From a virus (Duplodnaviria; Caudoviricetes), in the IMG/VR virus record IMGVR_UViG_3300008448_000373, positions 1 through 32,227 of that record: DNA of 32,227 nucleotides. One strand, given 5' to 3'. The position numbers and the translations under genes are program-made. The notes below the pieces were generated by a model. It saw only the letters and a program-made list of their open reading frames with translations, was not told the origin of the DNA and made no database searches. Positions 25,815-32,227 of this stretch are shown here, piece after piece. Within the stretch, counting starts at the first letter, position 1; each line of letters opens with the position of its first letter.

Positions 25815-26201
25815 TTATTCTGGCATCCGGCACACATAGCGTGCCCTGTCTGTTAAGAAATGAACTTCAACTTCTCCGAGTTGTTTAAGTCTCTTAAAAG
25901 CTACGCTAAAAAACGCATCCTCTTCTATTCGTTCTAACTCCACCCAGTCGTGTCCGAAACGCATCACCCAAATATTGACTAAGCTATCGACTGGGACATT
26001 GAACGCTTCGCTTTCGAGCATCGCACTTGTTATTTCACTAGAAACAAAAAGCCTTGCTCTTACTATGCCTGCGTGTATGGCGTTATTTAATACTGCGGTC
26101 TGACTTCCGCTTGAAGCTCCGATTGTCTGATGCGGACTTAACGCGTAAGTTACTCCTTGTTGTTGCCCCGCCTTTTGAAAGGGGCTGTTTGTGATCGACA
26201 T
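25815..26201 (-). CDS. Hypothetical protein, paralog A (5' part overlaps HNH gene)
   Basis: AAGGAG 9 nt before ATG26201; C-terminal domain similar to the 25474-25800 product. Confidence 0.6.
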   Translation of the reverse strand: MSITNSPFQKAGQQQGVTYALSPHQTIGASSGSQTAVLNNAIHAGIVRARLFVSSEITSAMLESEAFNVPVDSLVNIWVMRFGHDWVELERIEEDAFFSVAFKRLKQLGEVEVHFLTDRARYVCRMPE

Positions 26202-26343
26202 CTTTTCCATCTCCTTTTTGTACGATACCTTCTTTCATAAGCATTGCGCGTGCTTTATTTCGAGCGGTTCTTTTTTTAATGATCTCAGGCTTCTGCTCAT
26301 ACTTTGCGTACGAGGGGCGGTCTGCGGGGTTCTTGTAAGGCAT
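26083..26343 (-). CDS. Small HNH endonuclease-like protein
   Basis: DVDHKQPLSKGG...SNLRV...N is an HNH core; AAAGGA RBS. Confidence 0.8.
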   Translation of the reverse strand: MPYKNPADRPSYAKYEQKPEIIKKRTARNKARAMLMKEGIVQKGDGKDVDHKQPLSKGGATTRSNLRVKSASDNRSFKRKSDRSIK

Positions 26344-26353
26344 GAACGTTCCT

Positions 26354-26674
26354 TTATCTGACTTGGTTTAATTTTGCTAAATCCTGAAGGGCATCCACCA
26401 CCCGTCGAGGTTGGGTCGCATCCATTTTCACGCGCATCACGTCGTGTGACAAGCGCATGGCCATGACTATCGCGCACTCGGGGTGAAACCATACGGCAAC
26501 GAAACCTTCGGCCCACCCCTTTGGGAATGCTTTTTGAAACACAGGGTCTTTAGACTGCGACATCTGCCCATGACCTGAGTGCTCGATTCCGTGCTGGTCT
26601 TCTCTAACTTCTTCGTGACAGATGTGGCACTTGGTTGGTGTCATCTGATATTCATCTGGTTTGTACAAACTCAT
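26354..26674 (-). CDS. Hypothetical protein with putative zinc site (CxxC...HxxC)
   Basis: KCHICHEE and WFHPEC; strong RBS. Confidence 0.65.
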   Translation of the reverse strand: MSLYKPDEYQMTPTKCHICHEEVREDQHGIEHSGHGQMSQSKDPVFQKAFPKGWAEGFVAVWFHPECAIVMAMRLSHDVMRVKMDATQPRRVVDALQDLAKLNQVR

Positions 26675-26683
26675 TTACTTCTC

Positions 26684-27349
26684 CTAATGTTTTGGATGAA
26701 ATTCACACGTTTTTACAGCACACCAACCACACAGAGGCGTTTGGTTTGGGTTCCATACATCGTGCTCGAAGCATGACTCTAAGCGAGCGTAGCGTTCACG
26801 GTAGTCCCACCAGTGCTTCGCCGCCTCGTCAGATGACATGCTCATCTTGACCATATCATTTTTCACGATAAACATCAACGCCGAGTTGACTCTGCGGATG
26901 TGGGGGAAGTGGGCAAACACCATGATGGACATGAGAACAAGTTGGTCTCTGTCAGGATACTTGTTGTTGCCTGTTTTCCAATCAGCCACCCATGCCGTTA
27001 GGTTCTCATCATCAATGATGATTAAGTCTGCAATGCCTCTGACCCACACGTTGTCATCTCCCCAAGACACAGGGTTTAGGTTTGTATCCAGCGCCATCTC
27101 ATACTCGGGCAGTCTGCGTCCTGCCTTTTTCAGCAACGCGTCAACAACAGGTTGGAACTGAGAGTGCTCGGGCGGTATGGGTTTGCCGTCCTTGATATAC
27201 AACTCCAAGCTCTCATGCACCTGTGTGCCGTACCGCGTAGCCTCAGTCTCTACAAAGGGGTAGTTCTTCAAGACCTTGACTTCGTGATAGCGGCGCTGAC
27301 ACCCCTCAAAATCTTTGAGGGACGAGTGAGACCATGATGGTTTTTTCAT
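26684..27349 (-). CDS. PD-(D/E)XK exonuclease, Cas4/RecB-like with four Cys
   Basis: SHSSLKDFEGC, GTQVHESLE, RGIADLI...ADWKTG, QLVLM and C-terminal CGWCAVKTC. Confidence 0.85.
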   Translation of the reverse strand: MKKPSWSHSSLKDFEGCQRRYHEVKVLKNYPFVETEATRYGTQVHESLELYIKDGKPIPPEHSQFQPVVDALLKKAGRRLPEYEMALDTNLNPVSWGDDNVWVRGIADLIIIDDENLTAWVADWKTGNNKYPDRDQLVLMSIMVFAHFPHIRRVNSALMFIVKNDMVKMSMSSDEAAKHWWDYRERYARLESCFEHDVWNPNQTPLCGWCAVKTCEFHPKH

Positions 27350-27666
27350 AGTTTGGCTGTGTTAATAGCGTGTGATAAGTGGTTGGCAAACTTGCTTACA
27401 AACGATTCGTTGTCGCGTAATGGGTGATTCATCTCGTGCAAGATGCCATGCGTTAACTCGTGCCAAAAAGTGTCGTGTACTTCTTCGTCAGAGAACTTGA
27501 TGTGCACCTCGGTTCCGTTACTGCGCTTGTATGTGGCGTGTGTAACAAGCTTCATAACATAGTTGTGGTAGTCAATCTGACCCATCTGTTTGCCGTTGAT
27601 GAGGTTGTCATACATCTGCACCATGTAAGTCCTGCGACCGATGGTAATTTCTTTCGGTATCTTCAC
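27346..27666 (-). CDS. Small zincin-like (HExxH) protein
   Basis: TFWHELTHGIL followed by NESFV; GTG start with AAGGAG. Confidence 0.7.
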   Translation of the reverse strand: MKIPKEITIGRRTYMVQMYDNLINGKQMGQIDYHNYVMKLVTHATYKRSNGTEVHIKFSDEEVHDTFWHELTHGILHEMNHPLRDNESFVSKFANHLSHAINTAKL

Positions 27667-27676
27667 TTGCTTCTCC

Positions 27677-29644
27677 TTATGATTTTGCTAACCCATATCT
27701 ACGGTGCGCACCACCGTCAGCGGCCAAAGGTATCCCCGGCATGTAACTCGGCTCCATAGTCATCTGCGCCAAGACCCAAGTCTTCGCGTCAACAACTTCT
27801 GCGTCAGGCACCAACACGATCTGTTCATCGTGCACAGTACCAACCACAGGGTATCTCTTTGTCACCCTCAACATTCCATCGGTCATGACAATGCGTGCCA
27901 ATGCCTGCGTAACATTGTTTGTTATTTTTCCTGCATACAGCTTTGTTGCACGCTCTCCGTACACCCACTGCGTTCTGCCTTTACCGTCTGGCTCAGGGCG
28001 CAGATTTGGGTACAGGAGTTTCATTCCGTTTGGTAATTCTATCTCGCCTTCACGGAATGTCAAACACTTGTGTGTGTACTCTTTGCCCAAATACAGCGAC
28101 TTGTGTATAAGCTCACTGAACAACGCCCACAGCGACACGATAGGCCAAGCAGTCCGGCGGTAGGAGTCAATGATTGCCTTGGCGGCAAGGGCATGAGTAA
28201 GTAGTTCTTTGTCAGAACAAGTGTGGGGGATGTCGAATAGCTTGTCGTCGTTGCCGTCCCACTCCACAAACTTCTGCGCGTACTCAGAGCTAACCCCTAA
28301 CGCTTTCGCGAAGTCTTTTGAGTACCGTACAGGCGGCGCACCAAGGAATCCAGTAAGGAGTTGGGACGCAAACGATGCCCAGCCAAGGCCATACCCACAT
28401 CCAAGCAATGCGCTCTTCGCCGATTGCCGTAAGTCTGGATGGCTTTCCTTAGTGAGTCCTGCGATGTTAAACATCTGAGCGCCGAACGCGGCGTAAGGGT
28501 CACCGCCAGCGCGGAAGATGTCGAGCATATCTTGGTAATCTGAAAGCCACGCGAGTACTCGCGGTTCAATTTGCGAGAGGTCACCGACGACAAGCTGATA
28601 GCCTTCGGGAGCCATAATTGCTTTGCGTAGGAAACTGCCTCGCTTGAGGTTTTGCATGTTGATTGCTGAACCTTTTGCCGCCGTCCAGCGACCCGAGAGA
28701 GCGCCGTAATACGATAGCGGAACAGGTAGTTTGCCACGCTGGGAGATATCAAGGAACCGTTGCGCACGCGTGCGTTCGGTGGTGGATTTAACTTTAAGGC
28801 GTGCTTCACAAAGGAGGGCAACGTCTTCACGTTCACCGTTGAGCAACGCTTGGAACAAGGCATCATTCTTTGCGAGAGCGAGCGTTTCTTTGCCGGTAGT
28901 TTTACTGACTTTAGTCGGGGCCACAACCCCGAGGCTTTGAAGTATGTTTGCAAACTTCGGGTTCGACGCAAGCTCAACCTCTTGTATGCCGAGTCTTTGT
29001 AGTAGTCCTTCACGCGCTTCTCCTTCTTCTGTTAGTGCCTTGATGAGCATCTTGTGGTCAAGCTCAAGCACGGGTCGTGTGTACATCTTGAGCGTCATGT
29101 CTATCAGACGCAGTTCGGATTTTGGGTAGCCCTCTCCCAATCTTTTGAATATTTCCTCACACAAAAACACATCATGCGCACAGTATGCAGCGAGTTCCCG
29201 CTCAAGGTCTTCGGAAAGTTCAGTGAGTCCATCAGTCGAGTGAACGGCTTGTCCCTTCTCCGGCAAAGAGAAGTCCTTCGCCAATTTAGCCAAGGAGTTT
29301 CCAACCTCCACACCGCGTAAAGCTCGCGCCATTGATAAAGTGTCGAAGATGAATGCGGGTTGATAACCGTAGACCCACTCAATAATGGATATATCGAACT
29401 GTGCGTTATGCGCAAGCACAGCGGTTCGTCCCCAGTCGATTCCCGAAAAGAATTCAGGTAGTCCATCTCCTCCAACCCACTCAATTGGGCTGTCAGTTCC
29501 GAACTCATGTATACATGCTCCAAACGATTTAAATCTCTTATCACGTATGTACTCCTCGGTTGTCATCTTGGATAGCGTGTAGTCACGCTTGTCCCACCGA
29601 GTTTCAAAGTCGATGGTCAGTATCCTGTCAAATGGTTTAGTCAA
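27677..29644 (-). CDS. polA: Phage DNA polymerase, family A (3'-5' exonuclease plus polymerase, no 5'-3' exonuclease)
   Basis: ExoI IDFET, ExoII HNAQFD, ExoIII YCAHD; SGRW, NMQNL; motif A DLSQIEPR; motif B RQSAKSALLGCGYG; motif C VHDE. TTG start overlaps the upstream TGA. Confidence 0.95.
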   Translation of the reverse strand: MTKPFDRILTIDFETRWDKRDYTLSKMTTEEYIRDKRFKSFGACIHEFGTDSPIEWVGGDGLPEFFSGIDWGRTAVLAHNAQFDISIIEWVYGYQPAFIFDTLSMARALRGVEVGNSLAKLAKDFSLPEKGQAVHSTDGLTELSEDLERELAAYCAHDVFLCEEIFKRLGEGYPKSELRLIDMTLKMYTRPVLELDHKMLIKALTEEGEAREGLLQRLGIQEVELASNPKFANILQSLGVVAPTKVSKTTGKETLALAKNDALFQALLNGEREDVALLCEARLKVKSTTERTRAQRFLDISQRGKLPVPLSYYGALSGRWTAAKGSAINMQNLKRGSFLRKAIMAPEGYQLVVGDLSQIEPRVLAWLSDYQDMLDIFRAGGDPYAAFGAQMFNIAGLTKESHPDLRQSAKSALLGCGYGLGWASFASQLLTGFLGAPPVRYSKDFAKALGVSSEYAQKFVEWDGNDDKLFDIPHTCSDKELLTHALAAKAIIDSYRRTAWPIVSLWALFSELIHKSLYLGKEYTHKCLTFREGEIELPNGMKLLYPNLRPEPDGKGRTQWVYGERATKLYAGKITNNVTQALARIVMTDGMLRVTKRYPVVGTVHDEQIVLVPDAEVVDAKTWVLAQMTMEPSYMPGIPLAADGGAHRRYGLAKS

Positions 29645-29907
29645 TTAAATGCCTCCTTTGGTGGTGCGCCAACCATATTTAGATAGCCGAAAAAATCATT
29701 TGCCTCGAGCAAAAGCTCCATAGCTTCCATGTCATCTGCGTTTATGGTGATGAGTCCTGCCATCTTCCCCTTCGACTTGATGAGCAGTACCGCTTGGTCT
29801 GGGTCATCGCCGTAGCACTTGACCAGTTGCAGTACAACTATCTTGAAGTGCTCGCGCTCTTCCTCAGTCATTGTGATGAGTCGTTGTTCGATTACGTCTT
29901 GTTCCAT
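29641..29907 (-). CDS. Hypothetical protein
   Basis: 88 aa, GAGGAG RBS, overlaps both neighbours. Confidence 0.7.
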   Translation of the reverse strand: MEQDVIEQRLITMTEEEREHFKIVVLQLVKCYGDDPDQAVLLIKSKGKMAGLITINADDMEAMELLLEANDFFGYLNMVGAPPKEAFN

Positions 29908-30185
29908 AGTAGCTCCTCTAGTTCGTTGATGTTGTCTTCGTTGATAACCATTGAAATCCCCCCTGACCTGCGTATGCGTTGCAGGTTGTCCTCTTGTAAA
30001 GTTGTTGGCTTGTTCTTTCCTGCCTTTGCTTCTATACCAACAAACCTGCCGTTGACGCAGACCAAGAAGTCAGGCACGCCTGAGTTTCCATAACCTGTGC
30101 CAATAGGCATAGCGTAGTACGCACCTGACTCCTCAAGCAGTTTGCGTATTTGCTTCTTTACTTTTACCTCAGGTGTTGATGCCAT
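29892..30185 (-). CDS. VRR-NUC domain nuclease / Holliday junction resolvase-like
   Basis: TPEVKVK...GVPDFLVC...FVGIEAK...KPTTLQ. Confidence 0.88.
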   Translation of the reverse strand: MASTPEVKVKKQIRKLLEESGAYYAMPIGTGYGNSGVPDFLVCVNGRFVGIEAKAGKNKPTTLQEDNLQRIRRSGGISMVINEDNINELEELLWNKT

Positions 30186-30202
30186 ACAGTTTCCTTTGAA
30201 TT

Positions 30203-30335
30203 GGTGAGGGGGTCAAGTAGATTACACGCCCCCTCGGTCGTGTTGTGGAGTGGGTGCGGAGCTTACTCTCTCAAAGGGCTAACACCCCGCATCCAACAAA
30301 ACGTGTTCGCATCTACTAGGCTTGCACGCGTTGCG
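30203..30335 (-). ncRNA. Candidate structured RNA (three hairpins plus loop-loop pairing); family not recognised
   Basis: Stems 30206-30212/30229-30235 (perfect 7 bp), 30241-30245/30294-30298 plus 30252-30261/30285-30294, and 30301-30305/30325-30329. Loop sequences 30216-30222 and 30311-30317 are exact complements. Confidence 0.55.
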
Positions 30336-30347
30336 TCAATATAATCG

Positions 30348-30500
30348 TTAGCCCTTTTGTCTTTTGTCCCTGCTTTCTTGTAGAAATTTTCTTAGCCACT
30401 TACTGGCACCTAGTTTCATGTACTCTTCATACTCACTTTGCGTTACGCGGATACCAATGGTCTTGCCGCTTTTGGTTAACTCAGTTTTTGGTCGCGGCAT
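30348..30500 (-). CDS. 50-aa ribbon-helix-helix-like DNA-binding protein (not in ORF track)
   Basis: MPRPKTELTKSGKTIGIRVTQSEYEEYMKLGASKWLRKFLQESRDKRQKG: alternating strand TIGIRV then two helices; AGGAG RBS. Confidence 0.65.
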   Translation of the reverse strand: MPRPKTELTKSGKTIGIRVTQSEYEEYMKLGASKWLRKFLQESRDKRQKG

Positions 30501-30643
30501 TTGTGTTGCTCTCCTGCTTCTTTAGTTACAAATACCAACTTACACACAGTGCAATACCACGCTGTGCCTTGGGCAACAACGGTTGTCTTGTCTTGGTGTA
30601 TTCCTTTGGTGTTACCAAAGAATGTTCTTATACGTTCAAGCAT
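30476..30643 (-). CDS. 55-aa zinc-finger protein (CxxC...HxC)
   Basis: MLERIRTFFG...WYCTVCKLVFVTKEAGEQHKC; ATG30643 overlaps the stop of the upstream gene. Confidence 0.6.
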   Translation of the reverse strand: MLERIRTFFGNTKGIHQDKTTVVAQGTAWYCTVCKLVFVTKEAGEQHKCRDQKLS

Positions 30644-31400
30644 TGTTCTTTCCCTTTCCAAACCCAAACGGGCATTTGCTTTCTTCTGCTTCTCTTGCTC
30701 GGCGGTATGCGCGATACCGATTGATGTTTGAAATCTTCTCCCCCTGTAAGAACCTATTAAATTCTTTCTCGTCCACAATGTGATGACGCAACTCTATTGG
30801 GCGCTCGGTCAGGGGTGTTAGGTGTACCAACGGCTGACCAAACTTCATCTCCAGTATGCCCCTCGTAGCTTGTTTAACAAACATCAGGTTGACATTCATG
30901 GAGTACTGATAGTTAAACTCAGTTGTCCCTGACATCAATACGTAGTCGGTTAATCTCGTCATATTCCAAGTTGGTTGTTCCCACTTGAAGTACACATCTT
31001 CTTTGCATCTTGTCACCCAAGGGTTGTCAAACTTCATGTGGCAGTAGTGGGACTCGGGCGCAAATGTTCCACGTAACAGAGCAGGGTGTTGTGACAAAGT
31101 GGTTGTGTTGTCTGAGAATCGTGCGCTGAAGTGTGGGTCACCAATAGCGCCAAGCTCAATACGAAAGTCAGACCACAATGGCTGAATGATTCCATGCTTG
31201 TAGTGGTCAACTAAACCCATGCACCGCTTCATTGTGGCAGTCGGAAACAAATCGTTGTTGATAGGTATCTCAGTCTTTAAATCTTTCCACCACTCAGGAT
31301 AGAAGTGCGCCGCCATCTTGGGCTTTGCCGCATCAAAGATCATCTGCCTATGTGTAAACATATCAACGACCAGCTTACGTTTCTTGATTAGGAATATCAT
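30636..31400 (-). CDS. 254-aa beta-rich hypothetical protein (possible dUTPase-like fold) with C-terminal CPF motif
   Basis: YPEWWK...TMKRCMGLVD...GIIQPLWSD...KFDNPW...GQPLVHLTP; ends SKCPFGFG. Confidence 0.65.
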   Translation of the reverse strand: MIFLIKKRKLVVDMFTHRQMIFDAAKPKMAAHFYPEWWKDLKTEIPINNDLFPTATMKRCMGLVDHYKHGIIQPLWSDFRIELGAIGDPHFSARFSDNTTTLSQHPALLRGTFAPESHYCHMKFDNPWVTRCKEDVYFKWEQPTWNMTRLTDYVLMSGTTEFNYQYSMNVNLMFVKQATRGILEMKFGQPLVHLTPLTERPIELRHHIVDEKEFNRFLQGEKISNINRYRAYRRAREAEESKCPFGFGKGKNNA

Positions 31401-31519
31401 TTATAAACAGGCACAACTTCGCCCCCAAAGTCTTTTTGTATGTCTCTTGCACCGCGCTCAGTCCAAAAGAACATGGGTGAGTGGTTTTCTTTAGTCCAAA
31501 CGTATCCGTATAGTTTCAT
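31397..31519 (-). CDS. 40-aa hypothetical protein (not in ORF track)
   Basis: MKLYGYVWTKENHSPMFFWTERGARDIQKDFGGEVVPVYK; ATGA overlaps on both sides. Confidence 0.6.
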   Translation of the reverse strand: MKLYGYVWTKENHSPMFFWTERGARDIQKDFGGEVVPVYK

Positions 31520-31677
31520 GTGTTCTTTTCCTTCAACTTGTTTTCTACTGCTCTAGCAAACTCCAGCCACTTACTGCCATAAACCTGTTGGTCATCAAAC
31601 ATATCTAAAATTTCTTCGGGGGTCAGCCCTACCCACGGCTTTTTGTATTCTTGAATATCATCGTCCTCATCAATCAT
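31516..31677 (-). CDS. 53-aa phage protein of the WVGLT...FARAxExKLKEKN type (not in ORF track)
   Basis: MIDEDDDIQEYKKPWVGLTPEEILDMFDDQQVYGSKWLEFARAVENKLKEKNT; ATGA overlaps; GAGGAG RBS. Confidence 0.7.
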   Translation of the reverse strand: MIDEDDDIQEYKKPWVGLTPEEILDMFDDQQVYGSKWLEFARAVENKLKEKNT

Positions 31678-31913
31678 TTCTTCATCTCCTCAATATCTTT
31701 TACCAAAATATCAAACCATTCATGTGTGGCTTTGCCTCTACCCATACTCTCCAACGGCATGACGGCGGGGCGCAGTTCTTTGATGCGTTGCAACACTTCG
31801 TTAATCACAAAATCACGATATGGGTTGGTTGCTACCGCCGCCCTCACCGCCTCCTTGCGCTGTCCTGCTTGTCGTTCAATCTCGTTGAACGCTTCGTCTT
31901 CTTCATTCATCAT
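31674..31913 (-). CDS. Hypothetical protein
   Basis: MMNEEDEAFNEIERQ...; GGAG upstream; overlaps neighbours. Start could be 31922, 31913 or 31910. Confidence 0.6.
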   Translation of the reverse strand: MMNEEDEAFNEIERQAGQRKEAVRAAVATNPYRDFVINEVLQRIKELRPAVMPLESMGRGKATHEWFDILVKDIEEMKK

Positions 31914-32022
31914 CAACTCCATTCTGTAATATGTACAAAACCCAAATCAGCATAGCGCCCATGAATACAAAAACAAAAGCGCCGAACAGCATCAGACTTA
32001 CAGTCACCGCTACGTCCCACAT
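31903..32022 (-). CDS. 39-aa single-TM membrane protein (not in ORF track)
   Basis: MWDVAVTVSLMLFGAFVFVFMGAMLIWVLYILQNGVDDE; GGAGG RBS inside the upstream gene end. Confidence 0.6.
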   Translation of the reverse strand: MWDVAVTVSLMLFGAFVFVFMGAMLIWVLYILQNGVDDE

Positions 32023-32023
32023 A

Positions 32024-32227
32024 CTAGCCTCCGAAGATTTTCTTCAGCGCATCGTACATGGCACGAGCCTGCACAATACTCATGGTGTTGAGCACTGTCT
32101 CAACATCCCACACCAGCCTCTGCGTAGGCTGAGCACTCAGCGCGGCAATGCCTTCGCCTCGCGTAGCTTTGGCTTTCTGTATGACTTGTTTGACCTGTTT
32201 GTTTGCCTTCATAGGTACATACTCAGG
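32024..32227 (-). CDS. 3' end of a hypothetical protein (partial)
   Basis: Frame is open to the window edge: PEYVPMKANKQ...MSIVQARAMYDALKKIFGG. Confidence 0.6.
   Translation of the reverse strand, partial: PEYVPMKANKQVKQVIQKAKATRGEGIAALSAQPTQRLVWDVETVLNTMSIVQARAMYDALKKIFGG

Noticed and set aside
26684-27349. CRISPR-Cas association of the Cas4-like nuclease
   Set aside because: No repeat-spacer array or other cas genes; stand-alone Cas4/RecB-like nucleases are common in phage replication modules.
28297-29013. 238-aa alternate-frame ORF inside polA
   Set aside because: Ser/Arg-rich, no motifs, and wholly within an intact conserved polymerase. No frameshift is needed since all PolA motifs are in one frame.
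30203-30335. tRNA, twister/pistol/HDV ribozyme, SAM-II riboswitch or intrinsic terminator as identity of the structured element
   Set aside because: No TTCRA T-loop or cloverleaf, the consensus nucleotides I recall for those RNAs do not line up, and no U-tract follows P3.
30305-30345. Sigma70 promoter from TTGACG (- strand) or TATAAT (+ strand, 30340-30345)
   Set aside because: Neither hexamer has a convincing partner at 16-18 nt spacing.
1-32227. Diversity-generating retroelement or stop-codon recoding
   Set aside because: No reverse transcriptase or TR/VR pair was seen. Genes are full-length in the standard code and use TAA, TAG and TGA as stops.

Overview
This window is about 32 kb of a tailed dsDNA phage genome, most likely a podovirus. 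It has two convergent arms. The + strand arm (1-18886) holds a lysis cassette (membrane proteins, 3-TM holin, M15 peptidase endolysin), a large tail-hub/stabilisation-type protein, a cupin, a GNAT-like protein, and a run of probable internal virion (ejection) proteins. These include a lytic transglycosylase-bearing protein and a 3087-aa polyvalent protein (zincin HExxH, ART-like domain, LPD38-like C-terminus). The - strand arm (18756-32227) holds replication and early genes: AEP-type primase fused to a DUF927-like helicase, HTH protein, SSB-like protein, SNF2 helicase, HNH, Cas4/RecB-like nuclease, family A DNA polymerase (Leu762 type), VRR-NUC and many small ORFs. No tRNA, rRNA, CRISPR array, integrase or IS element was recognised. 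The most notable unexplained signals are: (1) a ~130-nt non-coding three-hairpin element with a 7-bp loop-loop (kissing) complementarity directly upstream of the VRR-NUC/polA genes; (2) short AxGG and GIxxL peptide motifs shared among three ejection proteins; (3) a GNAT gene next to a protein with a 20-aa leader before a Gly8 tract; (4) an FSR-bounded effector cassette with a low-GC insert in the giant protein; (5) an overprinted HNH gene, a tandem paralog pair and a repeated 14-nt RBS box in the early region. All family assignments come from motif recognition by eye; no database searches were run.
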